Of a DNA stretch of 64,000 nt, positions 38,026 through 48,365 are shown piece by piece. Made by a program: the position numbers and the translations under genes. How positions within the stretch are numbered: the first letter of the stretch is position 1; each line of letters starts with the position of its first letter. The stretch spans positions 960,001 through 1,024,000 of the forward strand of contig CAWHBU010000002.1 of assembly GCA_963827685.1 (NCBI GenBank). Direction: 5' to 3'. This DNA comes from an uncultured delta proteobacterium (GTDB taxonomy: Bacteria > Desulfobacterota > BSN033 > UBA1163). The notes under the pieces were generated by a model. That model was not told the DNA's origin and ran no database searches. It saw only the letters and a list, made by a program, of their open reading frames with translations.

Positions 38026-39438
38026 TTGAGAAAGCTTAAGCTTAACAATTCAAAAGGTATTTCAGTCATCTTCCTGATTATGGCCATGTTGCTGATGGTC
38101 ATCATCGGATATGTATTTTCTTATTTGATTCCCACAAAACAGAAATCCGTGGTCTTCCCAATCCAGTCCACCCAGGCTTTCTTTCTTGCCCAATCCGGCG
38201 TGGAATTCGCTGTCCGTTTTGCCAAGGATCAACGTTGGACAACGCCGACTTTGCTTACTAATCTTAATACCCCTCCTAACAACACAAGAACTCTTGGGAG
38301 CGGAAGCTTTTCCCTTGCCTATACTGCTGCCACAGATACTCTTACCTCTTCTGGGCAAGTTCCCACTGGCACTACAAGAAGGAGCGTTACCGTTTCCAAT
38401 TTTACCAGTTTCTTGTACTACTTCTCCTACCGTAGGCCGATTACGGTACAGGCGGGGCAGGTCACTGGTGGCCCTCTTATTAGTTTCCCCATGCTCGTAA
38501 GTGTGACAAACGCTAATCTTTCAAACGTCGCACCCAATGGACGTATTGCCAGCTACAATGCGACGACGAACGATCCCCAGGACCTTATGTTCGAAGCTCT
38601 GGACCCCACCACTTGCGGGACGACCGCGCCCTGTAGGTTGGATCATGAAATTGAATACTATAATCCAGCGACAGGGCAACTCATTGCATGGGTAAGGGTC
38701 CCTTCTATTACTAACGGCACAATCATTTACATGTATTATGGAAATGGCTGCTCAGCTTCCGCGCAGAATCCGAGCGGGGTATGGGCTGACTACAGGGGGG
38801 TGTGGCATAGCGACGAAGCAGTCACGCCGCTTACAGACTCCACCGGCAACAATAATCTGGCTACCAATTCCACGCAGGTCGCAGGACAGATACGGTACGC
38901 ACAATCCTACAATGGCACCAACCAACTGGCGAGTAAGACCGCGGGTGTCGTGAACATACCGGCGAGTAACCTCAGTCAGACGATTTCTGTCTGGTTCACC
39001 ATTGGGGTTGCCGATAATGGCACGCGGTCCGGAGTCTCATTTGTCAACCCAACCAGCACCTCCGGCTTGCAATTCGGACAGAGGAATAGCGCAGTATGCT
39101 TCTGGCAGTGGGGCGGCGGTGTTTTAGGCGGCACTCAACCGAACCCAGCGATCAATACATGGCATTATATGGTTTATACCTTTGATGGCACGACTATTCG
39201 CCCGTATTATGACCTCACAACGCTTGGTACGGTGAACACGACCCCAGTGGCCGGCACTCCCTCACAAATTTATTTTTCAACCTGGAACGGCACCGATGAA
39301 CCTTGGAATGGGAGAATTGATGAAGTACGAATCTCAAACGCAGGCATCGTGCGTTCCGCAGGCTGGATCGCGACCGAATACCGCAACCAGAACGCTCCTG
39401 GTGCTTTTTCTGTCCTAGGGGCCGAGCAAAATAATTGA
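38026..39438 (+). CDS. PilX/MshP-like pilin fused to DUF2341- and LamG-like domains (candidate tip adhesin)
   Basis: KG|ISVIFLIM without Glu5, QAFFLAQSGVE, LDHEIE..AWVRVP..IYMYYGN, WHY..TFDG, GRIDEVRIS..RSAGWIATEYRNQ; TTG start after AGGAGG. Confidence 0.8.
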   Translation: MRKLKLNNSKGISVIFLIMAMLLMVIIGYVFSYLIPTKQKSVVFPIQSTQAFFLAQSGVEFAVRFAKDQRWTTPTLLTNLNTPPNNTRTLGSGSFSLAYTAATDTLTSSGQVPTGTTRRSVTVSNFTSFLYYFSYRRPITVQAGQVTGGPLISFPMLVSVTNANLSNVAPNGRIASYNATTNDPQDLMFEALDPTTCGTTAPCRLDHEIEYYNPATGQLIAWVRVPSITNGTIIYMYYGNGCSASAQNPSGVWADYRGVWHSDEAVTPLTDSTGNNNLATNSTQVAGQIRYAQSYNGTNQLASKTAGVVNIPASNLSQTISVWFTIGVADNGTRSGVSFVNPTSTSGLQFGQRNSAVCFWQWGGGVLGGTQPNPAINTWHYMVYTFDGTTIRPYYDLTTLGTVNTTPVAGTPSQIYFSTWNGTDEPWNGRIDEVRISNAGIVRSAGWIATEYRNQNAPGAFSVLGAEQNN

Positions 39439-39464
39439 GGCAGGGGCTCTTTAAGGAGTAATAT

Positions 39465-41267
39465 ATGACAGAAACGATCGGTTTAGACATTGGTTCTCAT
39501 TCGATTAAGTTGGTCGGTCTTAAGATGACTTCCAAGGGGCCTTTCCTGACCTGTGTGGGAATGAAGGAAATTCCTCCTGACAAGGACAAAGAGGATGTGA
39601 GCGCTCTTTCCGAGATCCTCAAGGCCCTTGTTGCGGAAGTTGGTCTTAAAACGAAAAGGGTGAATCTGACCGTTTCGGGTTCTGGAGTTCAGGTCAAGCG
39701 AATCTCCGTTCCATCTCTCCCCAAAGCCGAATTGAAGGAAGCGGTTCGCTGGGAGATGAAGAAATACCTCCCCTTCCCTATTGAAACAGCCGAAATTGAT
39801 TTCCATATCCTGAATGAATACGTGGAAGATAACGTTAAGAAATTGAAACTGATCGCGGTGGCTTGCCCGAAACACCTCATCGACCGAACTCTCTCCATCG
39901 CCGAGAGGGCTGGACTTCAACCGATTCATCTCGATGTGGCTCCTTTTGCTCTCTGGAATACTCTATCGGTTTGGAATCAGCTTAAAAAGGAAGAAACTGT
40001 TGCTTTGATTGACCTCGGGGCTGAAAAAACAGGCATTTACGTTTTCAAAGATGGGATCTTGCAATTTAGTCGAGAAGTCACTCCTGCCGGAGCCGACATT
40101 ACCAGAGCGATCATGGAGGGAATCGGTCCTGAGGGAGAGCCTGAACGCATCTTTGAACGAGCAGAGGGAATAAAGCAAGAGATGGGAATACCTTCAGAAC
40201 CTTATCAGGAAAGGACAAGCGATACATCGACATCTTTATCGAAGATATCCTTCCTCGTCAGACCTGTGTCGGAGAGACTATCCGCAGAGATAGGGCGGTC
40301 TTTTGACTATTATAAGGCCCAATTTAATGAGGAACGAATTGACAAACTGCTTCTGACCGGTGGAGGCGCCAATTTAAGGAATATTGTCTCCTATCTTGCA
40401 GGTGAACTCCGGCTGCCTATAGAACATTTTAATCCGCTAAGCGATATTCTTTTTGATCCAAGGAGAATTGGCACTCAATTTCTTAATCAGATGGGTTCAC
40501 GCTTCGCCGTTGTGGTGGGCGTAGCAATCTCTGAACCCGAACGAATCGAACTGCTTCCTGCTAAAGAACCATTTTTATCTAAGGTTCAAGTAGTAAAGTC
40601 GATTCCTGTCCTGGCACCTGGAATCGCATTGCTCATCTTTTTAGGAATCGCCTTATATATGAACGCGCATGTGAACGCTATACAAAAAGAGATCAATATG
40701 AAGAAGGCGAAGCTGGCGGACCTGGATGCCCGTCAGGCAAAACTGAAAATGTTAAAGGAAAAAGACATACAACTCAAAGAGAAGCTCTCTCAATTCCCCT
40801 CCTCAATTCTTGTTCCTGTCCCTCACCGAGACATATTGAGAGAGGTCAGTCAAATTGTTCCGGATAATATTACATTGACGCTTCTCTCGGTTCAAAACAA
40901 AGGAAAACCTCTAACAAAAGGAGCTCAACCCCAAAGGCCCCAGGAAGGAGAGTCCCAAAGGGGCGTAGGGAGGGAACTTCATATTACAGGTGTTGCTTTC
41001 GGAAGCGATGCTCGCTGCCTCACAGCGTTGGCCCAGATCATCGAGCGTCTTGAGAGAACACCTTTATTTAATAATGTAAGACTGGTGTCAGCCGATGAAA
41101 ATAAACTATACACTCAACCAGGAGCAGAATTCGGGATCGTCTGCGACATCAATCTGGATAATCCTCCTTCTCCCGTCGTGAATCCCCCCACCCCCCCTTT
41201 TGCAAAGGGGGGAGAAGGGGGGATTACCAAAGGGGGGTTGGGGGGATTAAGAGAGGAAAAACGATAA
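39465..41267 (+). CDS. pilM: PilM-PilN fusion (MshI-like)
   Basis: GLDIGSHSIK, IDLGA, LTGGGANL actin fold, then IELLP, TM helix, coiled coil and VPDNITLT PilN domain. Confidence 0.88.
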   Translation: MTETIGLDIGSHSIKLVGLKMTSKGPFLTCVGMKEIPPDKDKEDVSALSEILKALVAEVGLKTKRVNLTVSGSGVQVKRISVPSLPKAELKEAVRWEMKKYLPFPIETAEIDFHILNEYVEDNVKKLKLIAVACPKHLIDRTLSIAERAGLQPIHLDVAPFALWNTLSVWNQLKKEETVALIDLGAEKTGIYVFKDGILQFSREVTPAGADITRAIMEGIGPEGEPERIFERAEGIKQEMGIPSEPYQERTSDTSTSLSKISFLVRPVSERLSAEIGRSFDYYKAQFNEERIDKLLLTGGGANLRNIVSYLAGELRLPIEHFNPLSDILFDPRRIGTQFLNQMGSRFAVVVGVAISEPERIELLPAKEPFLSKVQVVKSIPVLAPGIALLIFLGIALYMNAHVNAIQKEINMKKAKLADLDARQAKLKMLKEKDIQLKEKLSQFPSSILVPVPHRDILREVSQIVPDNITLTLLSVQNKGKPLTKGAQPQRPQEGESQRGVGRELHITGVAFGSDARCLTALAQIIERLERTPLFNNVRLVSADENKLYTQPGAEFGIVCDINLDNPPSPVVNPPTPPFAKGGEGGITKGGLGGLREEKR

Positions 41268-41270
41268 ACC

Positions 41271-41876
41271 ATGGTGCTAAAAAGTAGAGAAAAGATATTG
41301 ATTATTTTGGCGGTCATTGCTATTGCTCTTTGGGCCTTCGTCACCTTTTATTACGCTCCACAGAGTCGCAAAATTAAAGCGCTGAAGGCGGAGCTGAAAG
41401 CAGCTGATCTAAAATCGGAGGAATCCCTGCTGGTGACAAAGGGAGTAGAAACGTTAGAGGCTGAAGTCCTCCGCCAGGAGGAAGCGCTAAAGAGGTTAAG
41501 TGAAAGAACCCTGAGAGGTGAAGAATTCAGAGCCTTTTTGAGGCACTTAGCCAAAGAGAGCGACTCTCCTCAGATGAAGGTCGTTTCTCTGGCCCCCCAA
41601 GAAGAAAATCTTCCTCCCCCCGAGGGCAAGAAAGAAGGTTCACCTTCTCAATACCGGAGGGTTTTTGTTCAGATGGTTCTTCTTTCAACCTATGCAAAAC
41701 TGGGGACTTATTTGAAGGGGATTGAGGAACTTCCTTTTCTTATCAATGTGGACAATGTCCAGATGGAAAGGACCGAAGAGGTTCAACCCTTTTTGAAGGT
41801 CAGCATCGGGTTAAGTATGTACATCACAGGCGAATCGGAAGGAGTGAAGGGGTCAAGGGGTCCAGGGGTCCCGTAA
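41271..41876 (+). CDS. PilO/MshJ-like alignment protein
   Basis: REK-TM-P-coiled coil; TYAKLGTYLKGIEELP. Confidence 0.8.
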   Translation: MVLKSREKILIILAVIAIALWAFVTFYYAPQSRKIKALKAELKAADLKSEESLLVTKGVETLEAEVLRQEEALKRLSERTLRGEEFRAFLRHLAKESDSPQMKVVSLAPQEENLPPPEGKKEGSPSQYRRVFVQMVLLSTYAKLGTYLKGIEELPFLINVDNVQMERTEEVQPFLKVSIGLSMYITGESEGVKGSRGPGVP

Positions 41877-41880
41877 AAAG

Positions 41881-42330
41881 ATGTTAGGAGGAAATTCAGT
41901 GAACGGACAAAAAATAATCATCTTAGTTCTTATCCTTGCCAATGTTTTTGGCGCGGTCGGGGTCACCTTGATCGATCCGATCATGGTGAGCGGACAAACC
42001 AAAGAGAAGATAATCTTTTCTCAAGAAAGTGGAAGGGATCCATTTCTCCTGCCCCCGGGGGTTCATCTCCTCTCCAAGATCGGAGCGTCTTTAGGAGTGA
42101 AGGAAGGTCCTTCGAGAACGGAACCGGATATGCGAGTCAAGGCCATTTTGATCGGTGATCACATTCGATTGGCATCGATCGGTCGCCATATTGTAACGGT
42201 TGGAGATTCGATTCAGGGTGAAAAGGTTTTAGAAATCAAAACAGACCGGGTTATTTTGGGAAAAGGAGACCAAAAGAGGACCCTTCTTTTGGCTCAGAGT
42301 CCTGTTCTATTAACCGTCGAGGAAAAATAA
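41881..42330 (+). CDS. MshK/PilP-like protein
   Basis: GRDPF motif; AIL...ASIG..VTVGDSI.G.KVLEI beta domain; position before the secretin. Confidence 0.72.
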   Translation: MLGGNSVNGQKIIILVLILANVFGAVGVTLIDPIMVSGQTKEKIIFSQESGRDPFLLPPGVHLLSKIGASLGVKEGPSRTEPDMRVKAILIGDHIRLASIGRHIVTVGDSIQGEKVLEIKTDRVILGKGDQKRTLLLAQSPVLLTVEEK

Positions 42331-42439
42331 CCCCAACCGCGCCGTTGCCAAAGCGGCTATGGCGCGTCGGCGACCTTATCCTCCCCCACAAGCGGGGAGG
42401 GAAGGAGGGGGCTAAAGGAGAATGACAAGGAGAATAGCA

Positions 42440-44152
42440 ATGAAAACGAAAACGGGCTTTATATCCTTTCTAATTCCATTATTGATTTTGGGGTGCGCCT
42501 CTCTCCCGAATAAGGAGCGAGCCAAGTTACCTTCCCAAAAGGTGGAGGCCGTCAAACCTCAACCTCCTCCTGAAGAAAAATTAAAGGAACTGGTGATTCC
42601 CCAAATGGAGGAGGCGAAAAAAGTACCCGACAAACTCTTCTCCATCTACGCCAGAGATTCGAGTATCCAGGATGTTCTTCTGGCCTTCTCAAAGGAGAGC
42701 GAACTCAACATTGTTATCGATCCTGAAATGAATGGCAAAGTGACCATTGATCTAAAGCGCGTAACCCTAAAAGAAGCTCTGGATACCCTTCTCTCTCGAA
42801 TGGGTTGGACTTATCGAATCGACGGAAAATTTATCAAAGTATCAAGACCTCAGATGGAGACCCGTTTCTTCACACTGAATTATATCGCCACCAAACGGAG
42901 CGGAAAAAGGGAGGTCTATGCTACCACCAGCACAACGCAAGGCCAACAAACTATTACGAGCACTGGCATTTCAGGAATTTCAGGCACTCCGGATCAGCAG
43001 ACTACCTTCAATCCGGCGGGAGGGACAAGAACCGGGTATACCGGCCTCCTCAGTGAGGATGACGTGGATTTGTGGAAGGAAATTCAAAAAGGATTAGAGG
43101 CTCTCGTTTTTGGATCCGTTGAAGAGAAGGGAAAAGAGGAGGCTTCTTCCGGGAAAGAAAAAGTGACCTGGACCAGAGTGGACGAAAAAGGGAAGAGGTT
43201 GGTGATCAACAAATCGACAGGGGTGATCATGGTTACCGATTACCCTGTCAATTTGAATAAGGTCGCCTCCTACATTGAGACTGTAGAGGCAAGTTCCCAG
43301 AGACAGGTTAGCATCCAGGCAAAGATCATGGAAGTCATCCTCTCCGATGACCACAAGGAGGGGATTAACTGGCAGGTGATCGAAGGACTTCCCCGCTCCG
43401 TTAACGTCGCTTGGGGGCTCACCGATAAAACCAAGACGAAAGGATATCCGGGGAGCACCTCAGGTTATCTGGGCGGAGCTTCTACAACAGGGGGAACTTC
43501 GACTTCAACATCAACCGTCGACATTCCGGGTGTCTTTAAAATCGCACCTTACGGAGGCATTTTTCAACTTGGTGCGGCAGGGACAGAGGTGGCCCTTTCA
43601 GATATCATGCAGGCGATCGCACTGCAGGGGGATGTGAAGATCCTCTCCAGTCCAACTATCTCCACCCTCAATAATCAGAAAGCGATTATCCGAGTTGGAA
43701 ATCAGGGTGTCTTCTTTATTACCGGGGCGGTGGCTACACAAACGACTGTGACCCAGTTCATTCAACCCATGACCATTGATATTGGGATCATCCTGGATGT
43801 GACTCCCCAAATTGCTGAAGATGGCACCATCATCATGAACATTCATCCCAGTATCACCGACCAGACCGGGAGTGTGACGGCACCCGATGGAAAGTCAACT
43901 TTTCCCCTCCTGAGCGTCAGGGAGACCGATACAACAGTGAGGGTCAGAGACGGCCAGACGATTATCATTGCTGGCCTAATGCAGGAGAAGACTCAGGAGA
44001 ATTATACCGGTATGCCTGTCTTACAGTCCATTCCTCTCCTGGGGGGTCTGTTCCGATACAAGAGTGGAACGAAGACAAATTCAGAACTGGTGATCATGAT
44101 CACCCCCACACTTCAAGTGGGTAAAAAGGTGGAAGACTTTACGAATAAATAA
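42440..44152 (+). CDS. mshL: MshL-type outer membrane secretin (lipoprotein)
   Basis: LILGC lipobox, METRFFTLNY, Ser/Thr/Gly-rich loop, QVSIQAKIMEV, LNNQKAIIRVG, IPLLGGLF, ELVIMITP. Confidence 0.88.
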   Translation: MKTKTGFISFLIPLLILGCASLPNKERAKLPSQKVEAVKPQPPPEEKLKELVIPQMEEAKKVPDKLFSIYARDSSIQDVLLAFSKESELNIVIDPEMNGKVTIDLKRVTLKEALDTLLSRMGWTYRIDGKFIKVSRPQMETRFFTLNYIATKRSGKREVYATTSTTQGQQTITSTGISGISGTPDQQTTFNPAGGTRTGYTGLLSEDDVDLWKEIQKGLEALVFGSVEEKGKEEASSGKEKVTWTRVDEKGKRLVINKSTGVIMVTDYPVNLNKVASYIETVEASSQRQVSIQAKIMEVILSDDHKEGINWQVIEGLPRSVNVAWGLTDKTKTKGYPGSTSGYLGGASTTGGTSTSTSTVDIPGVFKIAPYGGIFQLGAAGTEVALSDIMQAIALQGDVKILSSPTISTLNNQKAIIRVGNQGVFFITGAVATQTTVTQFIQPMTIDIGIILDVTPQIAEDGTIIMNIHPSITDQTGSVTAPDGKSTFPLLSVRETDTTVRVRDGQTIIIAGLMQEKTQENYTGMPVLQSIPLLGGLFRYKSGTKTNSELVIMITPTLQVGKKVEDFTNK

Positions 44153-44232
44153 TCTGCAGGAGAAAGAAGTAGCTCAGCCCTTCAGGGCTGAAAACCAGGG
44201 CCAACGCCCTGAATGACATTCAAGAGGGAGCC

Positions 44233-45345
44233 ATGTATCAAGAATTTTATAGCCTAAGGGAAAAACCATTTGTCTTAACCCCTGACCCTCAATTTCTCTT
44301 CTTAAGCGAGAGCCATCGGACGGCGATCGAATCTCTTCTTTATGGGATTCAGCAGAAGGAAGGTTTTATGGTCATTACCGGAGATATCGGAACCGGGAAG
44401 ACGACCATCTGCCGGGCCTTTTTGGAGAGATTGGACAAGAATGTGAAGACCGCCGTGATCTTCAATTCCTTTCTCACCGAAGAAGAATTGTTAGAATCGA
44501 TCCTCCTCGATTTCGGATTCTCCTCAAAGGGAAGAACAAAGAAAGAGCGGATCGATGGATTGAACAAATTACTCATCTACTTCTTGTCTCATGGAAAGAA
44601 TGCTGTCCTGATCATCGACGAGGCCCAGAATTTATCCACTCCTGTTCTGGAACAGATTCGCATGCTCTCCAATTTAGAGACGGAAAAGGAGAAATTACTT
44701 CAGATCATATTATTTGGCCAATTAGAGCTGGACCAAAAACTCCGATCCGCCGAATTGAAACAATTGAACCAACGGATTGCCGTCCGGCATCATCTCCTGC
44801 CCCTCACCCAAACGGAAACGGAGTCTTATATCTACCAACGTCTAATGGTGGCGGGTTCCCAGGGAAGCATCACCTTCTCAAAATCAGGTCTCCACGACAT
44901 CTATAAATTTTCAAAAGGAGCCCCCAGGCTGATCAATCTTCTCTGCGATCGAGCCTTGCTGGGCGGATTCATCGAACAAACTCGCTATATCGACAGGGGA
45001 ATCATCAAACTGGCGAAGGATAGCCTTTTGGGAGAGGAGGAATGCCCAAAACCATTTTATTCTTTTGCCTTACCCAAAAGCATAGCCTCATTGCGTATCC
45101 CCTTCCTGACCATTTTCATTTTCCTACTGGCGGGGATGATCCTATCGAGCCGAGGCCATTTCTCTTCGCCCCAAAATGCCAAAACCTTTATTCGAGGAAG
45201 AATTCAAAACATCTATTCTCAGATTCCTGGTACGACTCCCCCCTCCGTTGCGGCCCTTCTCTTGGATAAACGCGAAGCCGATAATGCTTCGAAGAGTGAA
45301 TTAACAAGAAATGCAGAAGGCGCATCCCAGGAGGTTTCAAAATGA
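44233..45345 (+). CDS. ExeA/MshM-family AAA ATPase
   Basis: MYQEFYSLREKPF..TPDP, GDIGTGKTT, IIDEAQNL, G.PRLINLLCDRALL. Confidence 0.9.
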   Translation: MYQEFYSLREKPFVLTPDPQFLFLSESHRTAIESLLYGIQQKEGFMVITGDIGTGKTTICRAFLERLDKNVKTAVIFNSFLTEEELLESILLDFGFSSKGRTKKERIDGLNKLLIYFLSHGKNAVLIIDEAQNLSTPVLEQIRMLSNLETEKEKLLQIILFGQLELDQKLRSAELKQLNQRIAVRHHLLPLTQTETESYIYQRLMVAGSQGSITFSKSGLHDIYKFSKGAPRLINLLCDRALLGGFIEQTRYIDRGIIKLAKDSLLGEEECPKPFYSFALPKSIASLRIPFLTIFIFLLAGMILSSRGHFSSPQNAKTFIRGRIQNIYSQIPGTTPPSVAALLLDKREADNASKSELTRNAEGASQEVSK

Positions 45346-46514
45346 GCCTAATCATCGATGCCCTCAAAAAGGCGCAACAGCTTCGATTGAACGGGTCCGA
45401 AGGGTCTCCCCTTTTAAAGGGTCCATACCCAAACAAGAAAAGGAGAGGAAGCTTTAAAAAACAATGGATTCTTATCGGCGCTGGTCTCATCAGCCTCAGT
45501 CTCCTTTTATTCGTTTTTTTGAAACCCGCTTCTTCACCCTCAGCCACCCAAACCAATCGAGCTGTTGTTCCCATGGAAAGGAAACCTTCCGTCTCTGTGG
45601 CAGAGAAGACATCTTCAGAACCTCCAAAGGAAGTGGCGAGTCTGCCGAAGCGCGAGGAGCCCTTGCCTATTGACCAGACCCTGAACCGCGCTGGTTCAGG
45701 GCAGGTAGGCACTCAGGGGCCTTCCAACGTTGGGGCGGCCCTCAGCGACCGCCCCTCTCACCTACAGGGAGAAAAGAAATCCCCTGACACCAAGACGCTT
45801 CTTAAAGAAAAGAAGGAAAAATCTCTGTCAAAACAGGTGCCTCCTCCTCTTCCTCCGGCGACTCAGAAAGAAGAGGCTACTCCCAAGTCTATCGGAGTGG
45901 AGCAGGAGGGAGGAAAGGATCGCGCATTGGTTTCGGAGGTCCTCTACCATTTCAATTCGGGGGTCACTTTCTATAATCAGAAAGATTTTTCAAAGGCGAT
46001 CCAAGCGTACCAGAAAGTCATTGAGCTTGATCCGACGTATGTAGAGGCCTATAACAATCTGGGAATCATCTATCAAATGGTGGGGGATGTGGACAGGGCC
46101 CTTGGAGCTTATCAGAAGTCAACGGAGATCAACCCAAGGTATGAGAAAGGATATAATAATCTTGGAATCCTCCTTCTACTCAGAGGCCGTTACGAAGAGG
46201 CGTCGGAGGCTTTCCAAAAAGCCCTGGCCATCAATTCCAATAACATCGAAAGTCATATCCACCTCGGGATCCTTTTTAAGAAAAAGGGCCAGTGGCAGGA
46301 GGCGATCGACTCTTATCAGAAGGCTCTTGCCATCGATCCACTTCACAAGGAAACCCACTACAATATTGCCCTGCTCTACGAACAATTAGAAAACTTTGAA
46401 TTGGCCATCGGCCACTATCAACAGTTTATCCAGCTCTCCTCAAAGTCCCATCCGGAATTGGTCACGAGGGTGCAACGGCATTTAAATGGTCTAATGAAGG
46501 CCAAAAATAAGTAG
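45342..46514 (+). CDS. MshN-like TPR protein
   Basis: MSLIIDALKKA, TM helix, Pro-rich linker, about 5 TPR repeats. Confidence 0.85.
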   Translation: MSLIIDALKKAQQLRLNGSEGSPLLKGPYPNKKRRGSFKKQWILIGAGLISLSLLLFVFLKPASSPSATQTNRAVVPMERKPSVSVAEKTSSEPPKEVASLPKREEPLPIDQTLNRAGSGQVGTQGPSNVGAALSDRPSHLQGEKKSPDTKTLLKEKKEKSLSKQVPPPLPPATQKEEATPKSIGVEQEGGKDRALVSEVLYHFNSGVTFYNQKDFSKAIQAYQKVIELDPTYVEAYNNLGIIYQMVGDVDRALGAYQKSTEINPRYEKGYNNLGILLLLRGRYEEASEAFQKALAINSNNIESHIHLGILFKKKGQWQEAIDSYQKALAIDPLHKETHYNIALLYEQLENFELAIGHYQQFIQLSSKSHPELVTRVQRHLNGLMKAKNK

Positions 46515-46571
46515 CGCCCTCATTGATTGAGGGCGAAAAGGAATTACGTCGGCAATTAATGCCGACGCTAC
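46511..46571. repeat. GTAG-type REP doublet
   Basis: Inverted, diverged copy of 16159-16218 with both hairpins preserved. Confidence 0.8.
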
Positions 46572-46606
46572 CATGGTGATTGGTCGTTGATATTCGGAGG
46601 TATCAT

Positions 46607-48334
46607 ATGGTCGAAGAGAAAAAAAGTTTTGGAGATTTTCTGGTGGGACTGGGGGTCCTCAGCGCCGATCAAATCAAAAAGACCCTCCAGGAACAGAAAC
46701 AGAGAGGGGAGCGTTTGGAACAGACGATTGTCCGGCTGGGTTACGCCAAAGAAGAACTGATCCTCCAGTGCCTGGCCGATTACTTTAATCTCCCCTATGT
46801 CGATCTGGACACCTATCTGATTGATGAAAAAATCGTAAAGACGATCCCGGAAGAAACGGCGCGGCGCCATACATTAATCCCCATATTCAAAATTGGAAAC
46901 GCCTTGACAATCGCCATGACCAATCCCCTCAATCTCCTTGCATTGGATGAGGTGCGAAACAAGGTGAAGACCGATGTGGAGATAGCCATCGGTACCGAAA
47001 AGAAGATTAAAAAGGCGATTGAACAACACTACGGAGCCGTAGCGACGGCCTTTGAAAGTACCCTCCAGCAAATGACAGAGGGCAACGCGGGCGGGCTGTC
47101 CCAGGAACCTGCCGATTACAGAAAGACCTATGACCTCGTTGTCAAAAACCTTCCCACCGGCCCAATGGAAGATGCCTCCGCTGCCCGCATGCTCGATTTG
47201 GTCATGATTCAAGCCATCCGAGATCGTGCCAGCGATATTCACTTCGAACCCGATGAAAAGACTCTGGGGGTCCGGTTCCGAATTGATGGTTTTTTATATG
47301 AAACCATCACACTTCCTAAGCAAATCCAGCCCGCCGTCACCTCAAGAATTAAGATCCTGGCTGAAATGGATATTGCGGAGACCAGGCTTCCTCAAGATGG
47401 AAACTTCAATGTCAAACTTGAGAGGCGGGGATTTGAAATCAGGGTTTCCACTTTTCCCACGATCCACGGTGAAAATGTGGTGCTCCGAATTCTTGACCAA
47501 ACCAGTCCTCTCTTCAAGTTAGAGGAATTGGGATTCTCTGAAGAGACGCTAAACCAATTCAAACAATTAGTTCGAAAAACAAATGGGATCATTCTGGTCA
47601 CGGGGCCCACGGGAAGTGGAAAAACGACCACCCTCTATGCCCTTCTCAATATGATTAATTCAACGGATAAAAATATTATCACCATTGAGGACCCTGTGGA
47701 GTATCGGTTGGCTTTGATCAGACAGACACAGATCAATCCCAAAGCAGGAATTACCTTTGCTACAGGGTTGAGGTCTATTCTGCGTCAAGACCCTGACATC
47801 ATTATGATCGGAGAGATCAGGGATTTGGAAACCTCAGAAATTGCCATGCAGGCAGCCCTGACAGGCCACCTGGTATTAAGCACGTTACATACGAACGACG
47901 CCCCAGAGGCTATTTCTCGACTGATGGATATCGGCGTGGAACCCTATCTCATCTCTTCATGTGTCATCGGAGTCTTGGCCCAACGATTGGTTCGCACCAC
48001 CTGCCCGGATTGCAAAGTCTCTTATCAGGTGGACCCGAAGAATATGGGTGATCTCGGTGAGGATGTTACAAGGTTAAAAGAACCCTTAACGCTTTATCGA
48101 GGAAAGGGCTGCAAAAATTGTAAGCAATCCGGATACCGGGGAAGGTCTGGAATCTATGAACTCCTCTTGGTCAATGAGGAGGTCAAAAAACTCATTTCCG
48201 AAAGAGCCTCAACCCAGGTGATTCGAGAGGTAGCAAAGAAAACGGCAGGGATGGTTCCTTTGAGGGGGGACGGTCTGAGAAAGGTTTTAAAAGGAATCAC
48301 CACCATTGAAGAGGTAGATCGGGTAGCCTATTAA
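46607..48334 (+). CDS. Pilus assembly ATPase (MshE/PilB/GspE)
   Basis: ASDIHFEP, GPTGSGKTT, TIEDPVE, LRQDPD, GEIRD, STLHTN, CPDC/CKNC. Confidence 0.94.
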   Translation: MVEEKKSFGDFLVGLGVLSADQIKKTLQEQKQRGERLEQTIVRLGYAKEELILQCLADYFNLPYVDLDTYLIDEKIVKTIPEETARRHTLIPIFKIGNALTIAMTNPLNLLALDEVRNKVKTDVEIAIGTEKKIKKAIEQHYGAVATAFESTLQQMTEGNAGGLSQEPADYRKTYDLVVKNLPTGPMEDASAARMLDLVMIQAIRDRASDIHFEPDEKTLGVRFRIDGFLYETITLPKQIQPAVTSRIKILAEMDIAETRLPQDGNFNVKLERRGFEIRVSTFPTIHGENVVLRILDQTSPLFKLEELGFSEETLNQFKQLVRKTNGIILVTGPTGSGKTTTLYALLNMINSTDKNIITIEDPVEYRLALIRQTQINPKAGITFATGLRSILRQDPDIIMIGEIRDLETSEIAMQAALTGHLVLSTLHTNDAPEAISRLMDIGVEPYLISSCVIGVLAQRLVRTTCPDCKVSYQVDPKNMGDLGEDVTRLKEPLTLYRGKGCKNCKQSGYRGRSGIYELLLVNEEVKKLISERASTQVIREVAKKTAGMVPLRGDGLRKVLKGITTIEEVDRVAY

Positions 48335-48365
48335 ACCAAGCCATTGTCTTTAGGCAAATAATATT

